From: Cenarchaeum sp.
Lineage (GTDB): Archaea; Thermoproteota; Nitrososphaeria; Nitrososphaerales; Nitrosopumilaceae
Direction: 5' to 3'
DNA length: 64,000 nucleotides
Assembly (NCBI GenBank): GCA_963693095.2
Contig: OY843768.1
Location: 1,632,001-1,696,000 of the forward strand
Shown: positions 9,679 to 21,500 of the stretch, one piece after another
Layout: every line of letters starts with the position of its first letter
Numbering within the stretch: the stretch's first letter is position 1
Translations under genes and position numbers: made by a program
Notes under the pieces: generated by a model
Database searches by the model: none
What the model saw: only the letters and a program-made list of their open reading frames with translations
Told to the model about the DNA's origin: nothing

Positions 9679-9945
9679 CTATGCAGGTACCTTTAGCTGC
9701 TCCACGTCGAATCCCTCGACGAGGCGCCACTCCTGTCCCTCCGGCGTAGTCGCCCTGAAGACCATGTCGACGCGCTCGATCATGCCGATCCTCTCGGCCT
9801 CGGCAATGACATCCAATACCTCCTTTTTGGTGAGCTTTCCCACAGTGTGCGATATGAGCTCAGCCGCCGGCAGGGGTCCATAGATACTCAGTCCCCTCGC
9901 GATGACTCGCAGCGCATCTTGCCTTTCTGGATCCATCAGAGCCAT
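9679..9945 (-). CDS. Family A small protein, copy 7
   Basis: Family signature. Confidence 0.8.
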   Translation of the reverse strand: MALMDPERQDALRVIARGLSIYGPLPAAELISHTVGKLTKKEVLDVIAEAERIGMIERVDMVFRATTPEGQEWRLVEGFDVEQLKVPA

Positions 9946-10055
9946 CACGGTTGTGGGATTATTAAAATCTAGTGCGTGAATGTGGGCGCCCCAAAACCGG
10001 AGATAAAAGCACGTAGAATGTGGCACGCAAAAACAGGAGAAGGTAGGAGTTTTGC

Positions 10056-10322
10056 CTATGCGGGTATCTCTAGCTTCTTTACGTCGAATCCCTCAACGAG
10101 GCGCCATTCCTGCCCTTCCGGCGTGGCCGACTCAAAGACCATGTCGGCGCGCTCGATCATGCCGATCCTCTCGGCCTCGGCAATGACATCCCACGCCTCC
10201 TTCTCTGTGAGCTTTCCCACGAGGTACGTTATGAGATCAGCCGCTGGCAGGGACCCATAGATCTCCAGTCCCCTTGCAACGACTAGCAGCCCATTGTGCT
10301 TTGCTGGGTTCATCAGAGCCAC
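10056..10322 (-). CDS. Family A small protein, copy 8
   Basis: Family signature. Confidence 0.8.
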   Translation of the reverse strand: MALMNPAKHNGLLVVARGLEIYGSLPAADLITYLVGKLTEKEAWDVIAEAERIGMIERADMVFESATPEGQEWRLVEGFDVKKLEIPA

Positions 10323-10535
10323 TACGGCATGAGATTATTAAAATGTAGTGCGCTAATGTGGGCACGGGTGCCCTGCGCACCCCACATTTTGGCACATGGC
10401 AGGAGCATAGGCACGCCTACCACGGCGGGGAGCTCGTTGATGGGTCATCTTGCGGCGGTGTGGACAAGAGTCCTCAACAGGGATATCTCGCCATGCTGCC
10501 CTGCAGTTCCTCGATGCGCACAACTCCAGCATAGC

Positions 10536-10885
10536 CTACTCAAAGCGCACCGGCCCTAGGGGCGCATACTTTTCAATGATCTCCCCTGGCCGTGACTTGG
10601 AGATTGACACCCTGGAATGAAAAGTGATCTCAAGTGTGCCTTCTTCAATCGGCGTTCCGTTCTCCATCCGTACCTCATCTTCCAAAAGATGAAAGCTCTT
10701 GGATCCTCGTAGAGTTTCTGGATGCAGTATTGCAAAAGCAGATGTGTATGAGAGTGGGAACAAGCGCTTTCTATACTGTTCAGTGACCTTTATGTGATAT
10801 GACACGTCACGGCGGTTTAGCCATGAGGATTGTGTAACCGATGTTGCCACAAAATCGTGTCCGTTCGAGCGAAACTCACGCGTTT
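10536..10885 (-). pseudogene. C-terminal fragment of a family B (ART-like) gene
   Basis: Homology begins near TREFRSNGHDFVATS and includes LEDEVR. Confidence 0.75.
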
Positions 10886-10985
10886 CTGATTGGCATCTTT
10901 GAGAACAACGACTAGCCGACGCCCAAAGCCAAAAAACCAGTGCGCAATATGGGCAAAGCGGGCAAAACAGAGGGTGGGGGTTTGC

Positions 10986-11252
10986 CTATGCGGCTATCTC
11001 TAGCTGTTTCACGTCAAATCCCTTGACGAGGCGCCACTCCTGGTCCTCCCGCGTGGTCGTCCCAAAGATCCCCTCGTCGCGCTCGATCATGCCAATCCTC
11101 TCGGCCTCGGCAAGTACGTCCCATGCCTCCTCCATGGTGAGCTGCCCCACGATGTACGTTATGAGCAGAGCCGCTGGCAGGGAGTCATGGATCCTCAGTC
11201 CTCGCTCAATGAATAGCAGCCCATCCTGCCTCGCTGTGTTCATCAGGGCCAT
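10986..11252 (-). CDS. Family A small protein, copy 9
   Basis: Family signature. Confidence 0.8.
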   Translation of the reverse strand: MALMNTARQDGLLFIERGLRIHDSLPAALLITYIVGQLTMEEAWDVLAEAERIGMIERDEGIFGTTTREDQEWRLVKGFDVKQLEIAA

Positions 11253-11453
11253 TACAGCTAGGGCATTATTAAAGTCTAATGCGTCAATGTGGGCACGAGT
11301 GCCCTGCGCACCCTGCATTTTGGCACACGGCCGGAGCGCAGGCAAACAGACCGTGGTGAGAATTCATTAATGGCTCGCCCTGTGGCTGCGGGGCCAAGTC
11401 CCCGGCAGGGATATCGCGCCATGCTGCCATGTGGTTCGTTGGCGTGAATGACT

Positions 11454-12287
11454 CTAGTCTAGCTTAAAGCGCACCGTTCCTAGGGGCTTATACTTTTCAA
11501 TGATCTTTTTAGGCGACAAATTGGGAATTGACACCTTGGAATGAAAAGTGATCTCAAGCGTGCCCCCTTCAAGCGGAGTTCCGTTCTTCATCCGTATCTC
11601 GTCCTCCAAAATTCGAAAGCCCTTGCGCCCATGTAAAATTTCTGGATGCGGGGTTGCAAAAACAGATGTGTACGTGAGAGGAAACATGTGCCTTCTATAC
11701 TGTTCGGTGATTGTTATGCGATATGACACGTCGCGGTAGCTTAGCTCGTCGGAGTAAGTGGTCGATGCTGCCACAAAGTCGTGTCCGTTTGAGCGAAACT
11801 CGCGTGTTGCCAACATGTTGTCAAGCTCCGCAACACCCTTCACATAGCGCAAGAGCGTGGTTGCATTAGCCCATGAATACCGGAGTGAGGCGCTGTATGC
11901 GACTGCAAGCTCCTCGTAATCACGAACCTTCTTGTCGAGGCCACATCTACCGTATAGGCTGTTTAGATACTCGTTGTGCTCGTCCATCCTGGATGCAGAC
12001 ACGGAGGGCTGGTAACGTTTGTCTGCTAGTGACCTCATTTCCGGATAGCGCGTATGGCCTGATGCGGCTTGGGCAAAGTTCACATAAGCGCCTTTAGATA
12101 GATCCCGAAACTCTCGAGTGCGTCTCAGTGGGTCAAGACTATCGTCAAGACCATATTTGAGAACCAGATCCAGGATCACATCAGAGCGCAGTGTGGCGCA
12201 CGTGCAGGGAGACGCCTTGATCGCAGCGTCTATGTGTAGAGACAGTGAGGCGATCAGGCTGCGATCACGAAAATTCGGCGGGTTCAA
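11454..12287 (-). CDS. Family B putative ADP-ribosyltransferase, full copy 2
   Basis: LLRY / FVAAS / LEDEIR motifs; start inferred from TATA spacing. Confidence 0.65.
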   Translation of the reverse strand: MNPPNFRDRSLIASLSLHIDAAIKASPCTCATLRSDVILDLVLKYGLDDSLDPLRRTREFRDLSKGAYVNFAQAASGHTRYPEMRSLADKRYQPSVSASRMDEHNEYLNSLYGRCGLDKKVRDYEELAVAYSASLRYSWANATTLLRYVKGVAELDNMLATREFRSNGHDFVAASTTYSDELSYRDVSYRITITEQYRRHMFPLTYTSVFATPHPEILHGRKGFRILEDEIRMKNGTPLEGGTLEITFHSKVSIPNLSPKKIIEKYKPLGTVRFKLD

Positions 12288-12572
12288 TAGCAGCGCCAAA
12301 AATTGCCGATATAAAATGCCTGTGGGCTGATCGCAAAAGTTTCTCGCTTTCTGCCCCAATTATTGGCCGGAACGTGGCGAGGCCTTGCGCGCCCTGTCTC
12401 TTCTCGTCCCCCCTTTACTTGCGTGACTGCGATGCGATCCAGTGCACCCCCTGCGATAATGTCCGGGCGCTAAACGCGTGAACCCTAGACTGCGCCAGTG
12501 CTGAATGCTCACCGCACGGAACTCCAAACGGGTCTGTAATCGAGAGGGGCCTGCTCCCCCTTGCAGGAACGC

Positions 12573-15500
12573 CTATTCGCGTATCGAGTCTAGTATGCGC
12601 TCGGCGAGGTTGATCTCTTGGGCGATGTCATCGCTCAGGCGCTCTAGGCGCGGAATGAGGACCATGTCGTCGTATGGCGAGGTGACTGCCTCGGGCACGT
12701 CATCGACCTCGATGGCGACGCCCATCTCGGCCATGATCTCCATGGCGATCTTTTCCTGGCGATCGAGCTCGACTGCAAAGAGGTCCGAGGAGCGCTCGGC
12801 GCCGTGCGTGCGTATGCGCGCATCAGCATACATCGAGTCGTCTATCTCGTGGTATAGCGAGTAGAGGTTGCGCAGCGGCGCGTACGTCCCGTCTGGCGTG
12901 AGGCGCCAGACCGAATAGTTCTCGTCTAGCATGTACGTGACGTGGCGCTCGTCATAGTCGTATATCCCGTCGCCGTCCTCATCAACGTGGGCCGATATGA
13001 GCGGGAAGAGGACGAGCTCGCCGCCGTTGACCTCGACTCCGCGCGACGGGTTTAGCGACTCGCCGTCGACGTGAACGCCGTGGTTGAAAAAGTTCTGCCA
13101 CGAGTTTAGCCTCGTGTCCCAGATGCTCGTCGAGACGACATCAAAGTCAAGGGGCTCGCGGAACGTGTGGTATATCGTGACCTCGAGGCACTCGGCCACG
13201 CTGCCGCGCATACAGTCAGTCCTTTCTGCCGTCGCGCGCAGCGTTTCTGCGTCTATGGCGCCTGATGCGTCATCGAGTGAGACAGAGAGCGCTCCGGTGT
13301 GGGAGATGTCAACGCTGATGCCGGCTTCGGACTCGGCAAAGTGCTGCCCGCGGCCAAGTCCAAAGGCCAGGCCCGCGTGGGCTATCCTCGAGACTCCGCT
13401 GTCCTCGTATATCTTTAGCACGGCGACGTTCTCGACGCCCGTCTCTACCTCTATGAGCGGCATGGGCGTGTAATAGTACTCTACGTCATGGACCTCGCCG
13501 TTGTACGTGAACCCTCCGGAGACCCTGCGCTCTCCGGTCGAGTCGATGCCTAGCGTCGGTGACGTGCAGTCATCACAGCCCGAGCCGCCCCTGCTGAGCT
13601 GCTGCGAGCTGGCGCCAAAGGGCGTAAAGTGGTTCGTCCATATGTATAGCGTGTCGCTGCCGCGCACAAAGCACTCTGCGTCGTCCGTGCCCGTACCGCT
13701 CGCGACGTTGGGGGCGCCCATGTGCGGGCCGACCTCTGAGGTGTCGACCGTGTCGACACTCGAGTCTTCGCACTCGTCTATGGCGTGCAACACGTCATCT
13801 GTTCTCGTCATCGTGTCAGTGCCCTCGATGTAATAGACATAGAGCGAGCTCTCTGCGCCACGAATACCAATCCTTGCTGGCTCGGAGAGCACCACTTTGC
13901 GCTCGGCGCTTCCCGCGTCAACTACGCTCAGCGGTGCCCTAGTCGCCAGCGCCCTAGTCGCGCGCTCAGAGTCATCTCCGTACTGCACGTCCTCTAGGAG
14001 GCTCGTATAGTACGCTGTGGTTCCCGTCTCATGCCCGGCTTCGCGCTCGAGGAGGGCCAGCATGGGCACGTCGTTCGCATCTGTGGGATCGTCAAGACCC
14101 AAGGCCTCTGTGTCTTGCGCGAGCAGGACCTCCACGTCTGGCGCCTGCTGCGGCGCGTACAGGATGGTGTCCGTGAGCGCGCCGCCTGCGGCAGTCAGGC
14201 CCGTGCCGCCCAGGCTGACGATGGGATCGCCGTTACCGGAGCCTGAGATGGGCACGGGGGCTGTGCCGAGGAAATCAAGTGTGAGCAAGTCAAATCCGCT
14301 GACCCCCAGCCTAGCACCAGAGGTCGACGCGGGGTCTGGGCGCGCCGGCGGCTGATCCCACGAAATTGGATTGTGTGACAGGTCAGTTAGGGACGTCGCG
14401 TCGGGAGTCCCGCTTCCCTGGTCAAAACTGATCTCAAAGCGTGCACCGACGTCATGGCCGGTGGATGATACGGGACAGACTAGCTCAGAATTCTCGATGT
14501 CGCAGTGTGCTTGGGCGAAATTGATCCTTGTGTTCATCAAGAGCGTGCCGCTGGCGAGATCGATGTGTTCGGCTATCGTGGTGTTGCGGTATAGCCGAAT
14601 CGTGGACGTGTCGAGTGCGTCGGCCTCGTCATAGTACAGGGCGAGCCACGGATCAGAGTTGCCCATGCTATCGGTTCTCACGAGGACTGCTGCGTTCGTC
14701 ACGCTCGGGGGCACGTTGTCCATGCGAACCTCGTCTTCAAGGATCATCAGCATAGCCTCGTTGCCTGCCTCATCAGCCTGCATGAGGATACTTGGCTTAT
14801 AGACTGCATCAAACAGCTCCATGTCTGCCCTTTCAGGAACCGTGAACTCGTGGGTCCACTCCATCATATCGCTGCCGTCGACCTCTGTCATCACCGGCTC
14901 GGGGATGCGGAACTCTGCGGACACGCGTGCGCCGGCCTCACCGAGTGTTGAGCCAGTGCCCATTACGCTCGGCGCCATCAGGATGGGCTCGTTAAACGTC
15001 ACCATTGTTGTGATCGTGTCGCCGGCCTTTGACCTGTCCGTCGCACGCGTTGGATACATTGTTTGATCTATGGTGACGGAGCTGGCAGTTATCACCGGCG
15101 CCGTGTTGTCGACCCTAAAGCCAAGACCCGCGGTCGAATCGTCCAGGTCGGCCGGATCGTTTGAGAGCGTCGTGGATCGCCCATACTTGTCCATGACGGT
15201 GATGGTCCAGTCCACAGCATTGAATCCCTCCGCATGACCTTCAGGTATCACCGAGGTCGCAACATATGGGTCACTAGACGTGCCTGTTCCGCTCAGCGAC
15301 GTGGCCGCAGTGTCCGTAAAGAACGTAATGTCATCCTTGTCAAAGCCCACGAGGCGCTCGGGGGTCTCGTCCATGGTGAACGTCAGGGCGATCCCTCCGC
15401 CATCGCGGCCGACGCTTGACGTGTACTCGCCCGTGCTGCCAGCGAGCCTGCCCATCAGTGACTGTTCTGTGATTACAGGCGCCCTCGTGTCGACCCTGAC

Positions 15501-18500
15501 GATGGCGTTGCCGTCTGTGTATGTGCTCCTGTGCGAATAGATGGCAACGTTGTCCTCTGCATCAGAGACGCGGATGCCAAATGGCACGTCTGCGCCAGCG
15601 GCCCAGTCGCGAGCCGACTCGCCAGGGAAGTTGGGCGTGGCTGGCCAGTCGAAATGCCACATCCTGTCATTGCCAGTCTCCGTGCGTACCATGGGCCATA
15701 TCCTCTTCTCGGCGCGCTCAGACTCCGCCGGCACCGTCGTGAATGAAGTGAGCGTAGTAAAGAGCGCGATCGTAGGAACCGTGCCGGTCTTTTGATCCTC
15801 GTCGAGCGTAACGGCGAACCTTACGTCTACGACGGCGGGGTCTTCTGCTCGCGCAAACTGGCGGTCAGGAATAGGCAGCATCTCGGTGGCCGTTGTGGTG
15901 ACTGCGGTTGATATCGTCATGACGCGCGGCGGAGTCGAGTCCATCGTACGGGCACTGACCATCGTAGGAGCCACATTGTCGTACATGTCGGCAATGTCAT
16001 TCGTGCCGACATAGTGAACCACGGGGCGCAGGTCTGGCGTTGCTGCTGCCCTGTTGGGATCCAGACCCGTGAGGCCGCTTAGAGTCACCGTGAGTTGCGA
16101 GTTTGTGTCAATGTGTTTTTGGGCTTCCGGAAAGTCTTCATCCATCTCTACATCTAGGATGTGGTTTGGCGCACCGAACGCGAAAAATTCCGGCTGGACG
16201 AACGCCCCGAACGAGTGGGAGACTGTTGGCGTGACCCAGTCATCATCTGTGTCAACGTTGTCCATCATGTCCTCTGGCGACGTGTCCACACGCCAGTCGC
16301 TGGCATCAAGCACGGCACCTGTCATGAGCTTGACAGGCTCCCTGTAGATGACCTCGATCGTAGTCTCTGAGGTCACGCCGGCTATGAACTCGGGGGCAGT
16401 CGAGTCATGGACGACGATAAACTGGCCGTGGGGGGGCTCGTGGGGCGTTATGTAGGTGTTGCCAGCCACGTCAGCTATTCCAACGGGGTTATTCGATGTA
16501 AGACATATCCACCCAATGCGCTGGTCGACTTTCACATCCCTGGCTCCCGGACCGGCGGTGCGCAACGTGTTGCCGTCATTGCCTAGATGTGTTGACCCAT
16601 CAGCGTTGAGGGCGAGGCTGGTTGAGGTCGGGAGCCAGTCGGTGCCCGTAAAGCAGGCAGTGTCTGCACGCACTGCAGCACGATTGCCCGAAGGTGATGA
16701 GCCCTCGAGCTGGAGGTTTGCGCGCAGGGACGGGTTCGTTGCGGCCGTGCCGAGGGCATCACCTGCCATGCCGCTAGTGGTCACCGAGGCGGGAGACAGC
16801 GCCTCGCTGAACTCGAGAACTATTGCCTCCATGTCGTTGCCCGTCGTCAACGGCGTGAGGTCCCCGCGCGTGGGCAGGCCAACAAGGCGCGGGCTGATGC
16901 CGTCGGCGACTTCGAGCTCGTCGGCGATGCCAATCGTCATGGCCGACAGGGCGCCGACTTCTGAGGCGATGCGGCCGAAGTTCGATGTCGTCGGATCATA
17001 CTCGATGTACGGAGTCGACGCCGTGCTCGAGAGGGAGTCGTGCGAGATGCGCACGACGCCTATATCCTCGACGGAGGCGCCTGTTACCCTCACGCTCGGC
17101 CCGTCCCCAGGGCTGGCCGCGTCCGGATCGTCATCGCTGAGCGACCAGTGGGCGGATCGCAGCGTAGAGGAGCCGGGCGTGATCCTGACAGGCTCGCTGA
17201 ACGTGACGAGCGTATAGTCGCTGTGAACGTCGTCGGCGGGGTCATCTGGGTTGGCGCCCCTCGAGGTGAGCTCGGAGGCAGTTATTGCCGAGAGTATCTC
17301 TGGGGGAGCCGCGTCGGTGGCGAGGCCGCCCTCGTTTTGGGCGAGTCCTATGCCAAACTCGTTGCGGATCTCGGACGTCGAGGCGGTGTACGTGACAAAG
17401 ACCTTTTTTGTCGTGTCGCCAATGTTCGCGTCAGCCGGATCGAGTGTGAGCGTGAGCATGTTGCTAGCGAGCGCCGAGACGGCCGTGACGGCAATGTCAT
17501 CAGTCGTCGCCGACGTGCGTGCAGTCGGTGTCGCGTCAGCGGCGACGAGCTCGGCGGCCCAGTTTGTGAAGTCCAGGTTCGCGGGGGTGACGCCTATGCG
17601 CTCGACTGTGGAGCCAAAGGTGATGAGCACCTTGTCCTGCGCAGTCGTCACGCCGCTAAACGTTGGTCCGGGCGGAGTGGGCACCGATATGTCCTGCGTG
17701 TCAGGCAGGCGCTCCATGACCGCATCCATTATTGACGCCGTGGCTGAGGACGTGATCCTGACGGTGTGCATGGTGTTGGCGAGGTCTGCGGCGATCGGTA
17801 TCGTGACAGTCGCCGGCGTCGATGATGTTGCCGCCGTGTATGTCGGCGCCGTCGAGGAGGCCAGGTTCGTCGCGGTGTCGGCTATCGTGTACACCTCGTA
17901 CGTGATGCCCGTGCGCGTTGGGTCGGCGGTGGGCGCCTCGGCGAACGTGAGCGTTATCTCGCGCAGGGCCGTAATCGCAGCAGTCGGGATCGGCGGCGCG
18001 CCGTCAGTGGCTAGGGCCGCCGTGTTCTGCGCGAGGTTGCGCGCCAGCGTGGCCGCTGGAGGGGAAGAGACGATCTCGGACGTCGAGGCCGTGTACGTGA
18101 TAAAGACCTTTTTTGCCGTGTTGCCAATGTTCGCGTCAGCCGGATCGAGTGTGAGCGTGAGCATGTCATTGGCGAGCGTCGAGACGGCCATGACGGCAAT
18201 GTCATCAGTCGTCGTCGGCGTGCGTGCAGTCGGTGTCGCGTCAGCTGCGACGAGCTCGGCGGCCCAGTTTGCGACGTTCAGGGGGGTGGCGTCGACGCGA
18301 GCCACTGACTCGGAGAATTCCAAGTCCACCGTGTTGATGCTCGTAGTCGTCGCAGTAAAGGTCGGCGGCTGCGGCAGGGTGAGGCCGGTGATAAAGGCCG
18401 GCTTTACAATGATGTTTGTCGCCGGTATGTTAGGGCTCGCGGGGACGGTTCCGTGCTCGTTGCGGTCATACCACGTGAGTGGCGCAACGGCGCCGGTCGG

Positions 18501-21500
18501 TCCCAGGGTGTCGGTGACCGGGCCGCCCGAGTGGATCCTGGCTGTGTACTCGGCGTCGGTGGGCATGCTAGACAGTGCAGCGCGGACTGATGCCGGTGCC
18601 GATGATGTTGCCGGCGTGTATGTGGTGGGTTGCTGAATGATGCTATCTGCGGGTGCGCCTCCGGTCAAGTATATATCGTACGAGGTTGACGTGCCATACG
18701 CCCCGATTGGCTCTTGGTATGTGAATGTCGCCTCGGTCAGGGACGTAAACGCCACAGTCGGCAGCGGCGGCGTCGCGTCCACGAGACGCGCGTTGGCAGT
18801 CGCAGGGGCAAGGTTGCCGTACATGTCAATCACGTCCGAAGAGCCATCGGCGATATAGTGGATCGTCGGTCGCAGATCGGTGGCTGCTGACTTTAGGTTG
18901 GGATCCAGGTCCGTAAAGCCGCCCAGCGTTATCGTGAGGCGCGTGCCGTCGATCGGCTCAAAGTCGTCACGATTGCCGTCGCGGCCGTACGCCCAATAGT
19001 ACGGATTGTCAAACTCGTCAAACTCGTGTGAGATTGTATCCGGCGTGACCCAGTTGGCGCTCGTGTCATCGTTGTCAGTGCTGACGTTGGGCGTCAGGTC
19101 GAGGCGCCACTCTGCGGCATCTAGCGTGGCGCCATCGACGAGCTTTACTGGCTCCCTGTACAGCACATCCACCGTTGTCTCCGAGCGCGCGGCGGCCAAA
19201 AATTCCGGTCCTGTCTTGTCTAGCACGACGTTGAACATGCCATAAGCGCCGCGCGTGGCGGGGTCGTAGAGGTGGAAGTTGTCGCGGTCAGCTCGGTACG
19301 CAGCCGCGCTACCGCCATCGGCCACAAAGGCGGCCTGACCGTCCAGCGGCATGCTATCATCCAAGTTTGTCACATAATAGTTGTCGGCCGTGTCTTGTGG
19401 TCTCGCAGTCTCCGTTATGCAAAATCCGGTGACTTCTTGGGGATCATTTCGCGTGTTAGACGGGGCAGCAAAGACATACCTCACAAAGTTGCCATCGGCA
19501 CCAAGATACGGATCCACTGTGGTGTCAGTTGTCGTGAATGTCGCCCCGCTATCCGCCGACCTGAGTATGCCGTACGACGTGGCCAGCCAGGAAGTGCCTG
19601 ACTCGCAGTTGTTGTGGTGCAGCTCTTGCGAGCCTGAAAGAGCCCTCTGCGATCCTGGAACCATGGAGGTTGCGACCTGCAGCTGATGGGAGATGTAGGC
19701 GAGCTCGGTGGCATCGCCCAAACTGTCAGGATCAATCTCCTCGCTGAACGTAAAGCCAATGGCCAGCCTGTCATTGTCTGCCGTGCCCGGCGTAGAGTCT
19801 GCGGCAGTGGGGTACTCTGTCAGGCGCGGCGGTATGCCGTCTACTGCACCCACGGCTGACGTAAATGTCGCGAGTCTCTCTGTCTCGCCGGAGATGTTTA
19901 TGCTGCCCTGGAGTGCGCCCTGGGTGTACAGGACTGTCGGCGTCTCGCCGGTGCTCGGGAGGTTGCTGGCAAGATTGAGGCGAACCGTCGTGCTAGGCTG
20001 GCCGGGCATTTCTGCCACCAGCACCACGTCTGAGACAGTCACGGCCGTTCCGCTGTCATCTGTCACGGTCCAGTGCGCCACGCGCTGGGCCACCGTGCCT
20101 GACCTGATCTGGACTAGCCTTGTGAGCTCTACGTCAATGTACTCGTCGTACGTGTTGTCAGCAGGGTCGCGCTGGCCGCCTATGTCAGTCAGCACGGCGC
20201 CAGTCGTGATGCTGTTGACTCCAAACGTGAGGCCGTTGACCGTGTCTATGACCGTGTCGTCGACGAGCTCATTGTCCGCACCGTCGGTGATGCGTCCGTT
20301 ATCCGAGCCGACCGGGGCGGTGAGCTCGCGGTCGTACGTTACGTCCGGCACGTCAGTTGCCCCCCACGCGTCTGCGCTAGCCACGGTGAGCGTGACTGTG
20401 GAGCCGTCTATGGCCACGCCGGTGACAGCCGTGTCAGTCGAGCCCAGCGTGGTCTTCCAGTGCGCGTTCTGTTGCGCAGCAGTGGCGCTAGAGCTCTTGA
20501 ACTCTACGGCCTCGCTGAGCGTCACGTCGATCGTCGTAGTCGATCTCGTCCTAGCCGAGAGGATAAGGGGTAAATAGTCGTCACTCGCCTCGACTGTGCG
20601 CATGGGGACTCGGGGCAGATCCGCCAGGTCTCCAGCTATGTTGGGAACCAGCGTCGTGCCTGTGTACGAGACGCGGTACACCTCTGCAGGGTCGGCGCTA
20701 AAGCCGCCAAGCGTTGCTGTATCTGATGGGTTGGTAAACGTCACAGTCCCGATGGTAATTCCGGGAATGTCAAAGTCTGACACTGGCACCATCGTTGACG
20801 CTGGCTGGACCTGTACACGGGCGCTAAACGTCACGGTTATCTCTGAAGCGCCCGCTGCCGTCCTAGTGTGCGAGGCCGACAGCGGAATCGGCGTGGCCGA
20901 GGAGGCAATTGGGCTGCCTGACGGTGTGGTGGGCAGGTCGGCGCCGCTGAGGGACTCGATCGACGCGGTCACTGGGGCATACCTGACTGTCGGAAGCACC
21001 GTACTGCCGACTGCATCTGCAGGAGCGAGCGTGAGGTCTGCAAAGTTAAACCCATAATCCGCGGCACTTGGCGACACGATATTGTCAGTCGAGTCGCCCG
21101 GCGACGTCTCGATCGACCAGTCGGCAGGGGCTCGCGTCTGGCCCGGAATCTGCCTCACCTCCTCGCTGAACGTGACCATGAGGCGCGTGTTTGAGAGCTT
21201 GTTGACCGTGAACGTTGGTGGATTTGTTGGCGCCGTCAACGTGACATCGCCCACGGCGCGCTTGCCGGCCGGTCCGCCCGCGGCGACTAGGGTCCCAAAG
21301 TCAATCGTGTAAGCACTGCCGCCCGTGGCCGGTGCGGCGAGGTTTATCTCGAGTGTCGGGTGGAGGAACGGGTGGCGAGGATGGCTGGCCTTGGGGGGCG
21401 TGTGGGCCGTGAACGTCGGCGGGCTAGTGGTGCTCAGCGCCACATTAGCGCCGCCTGAATCCGCGACTGTGATGCCGGTGGCCTCTATGACGGCCGGAAC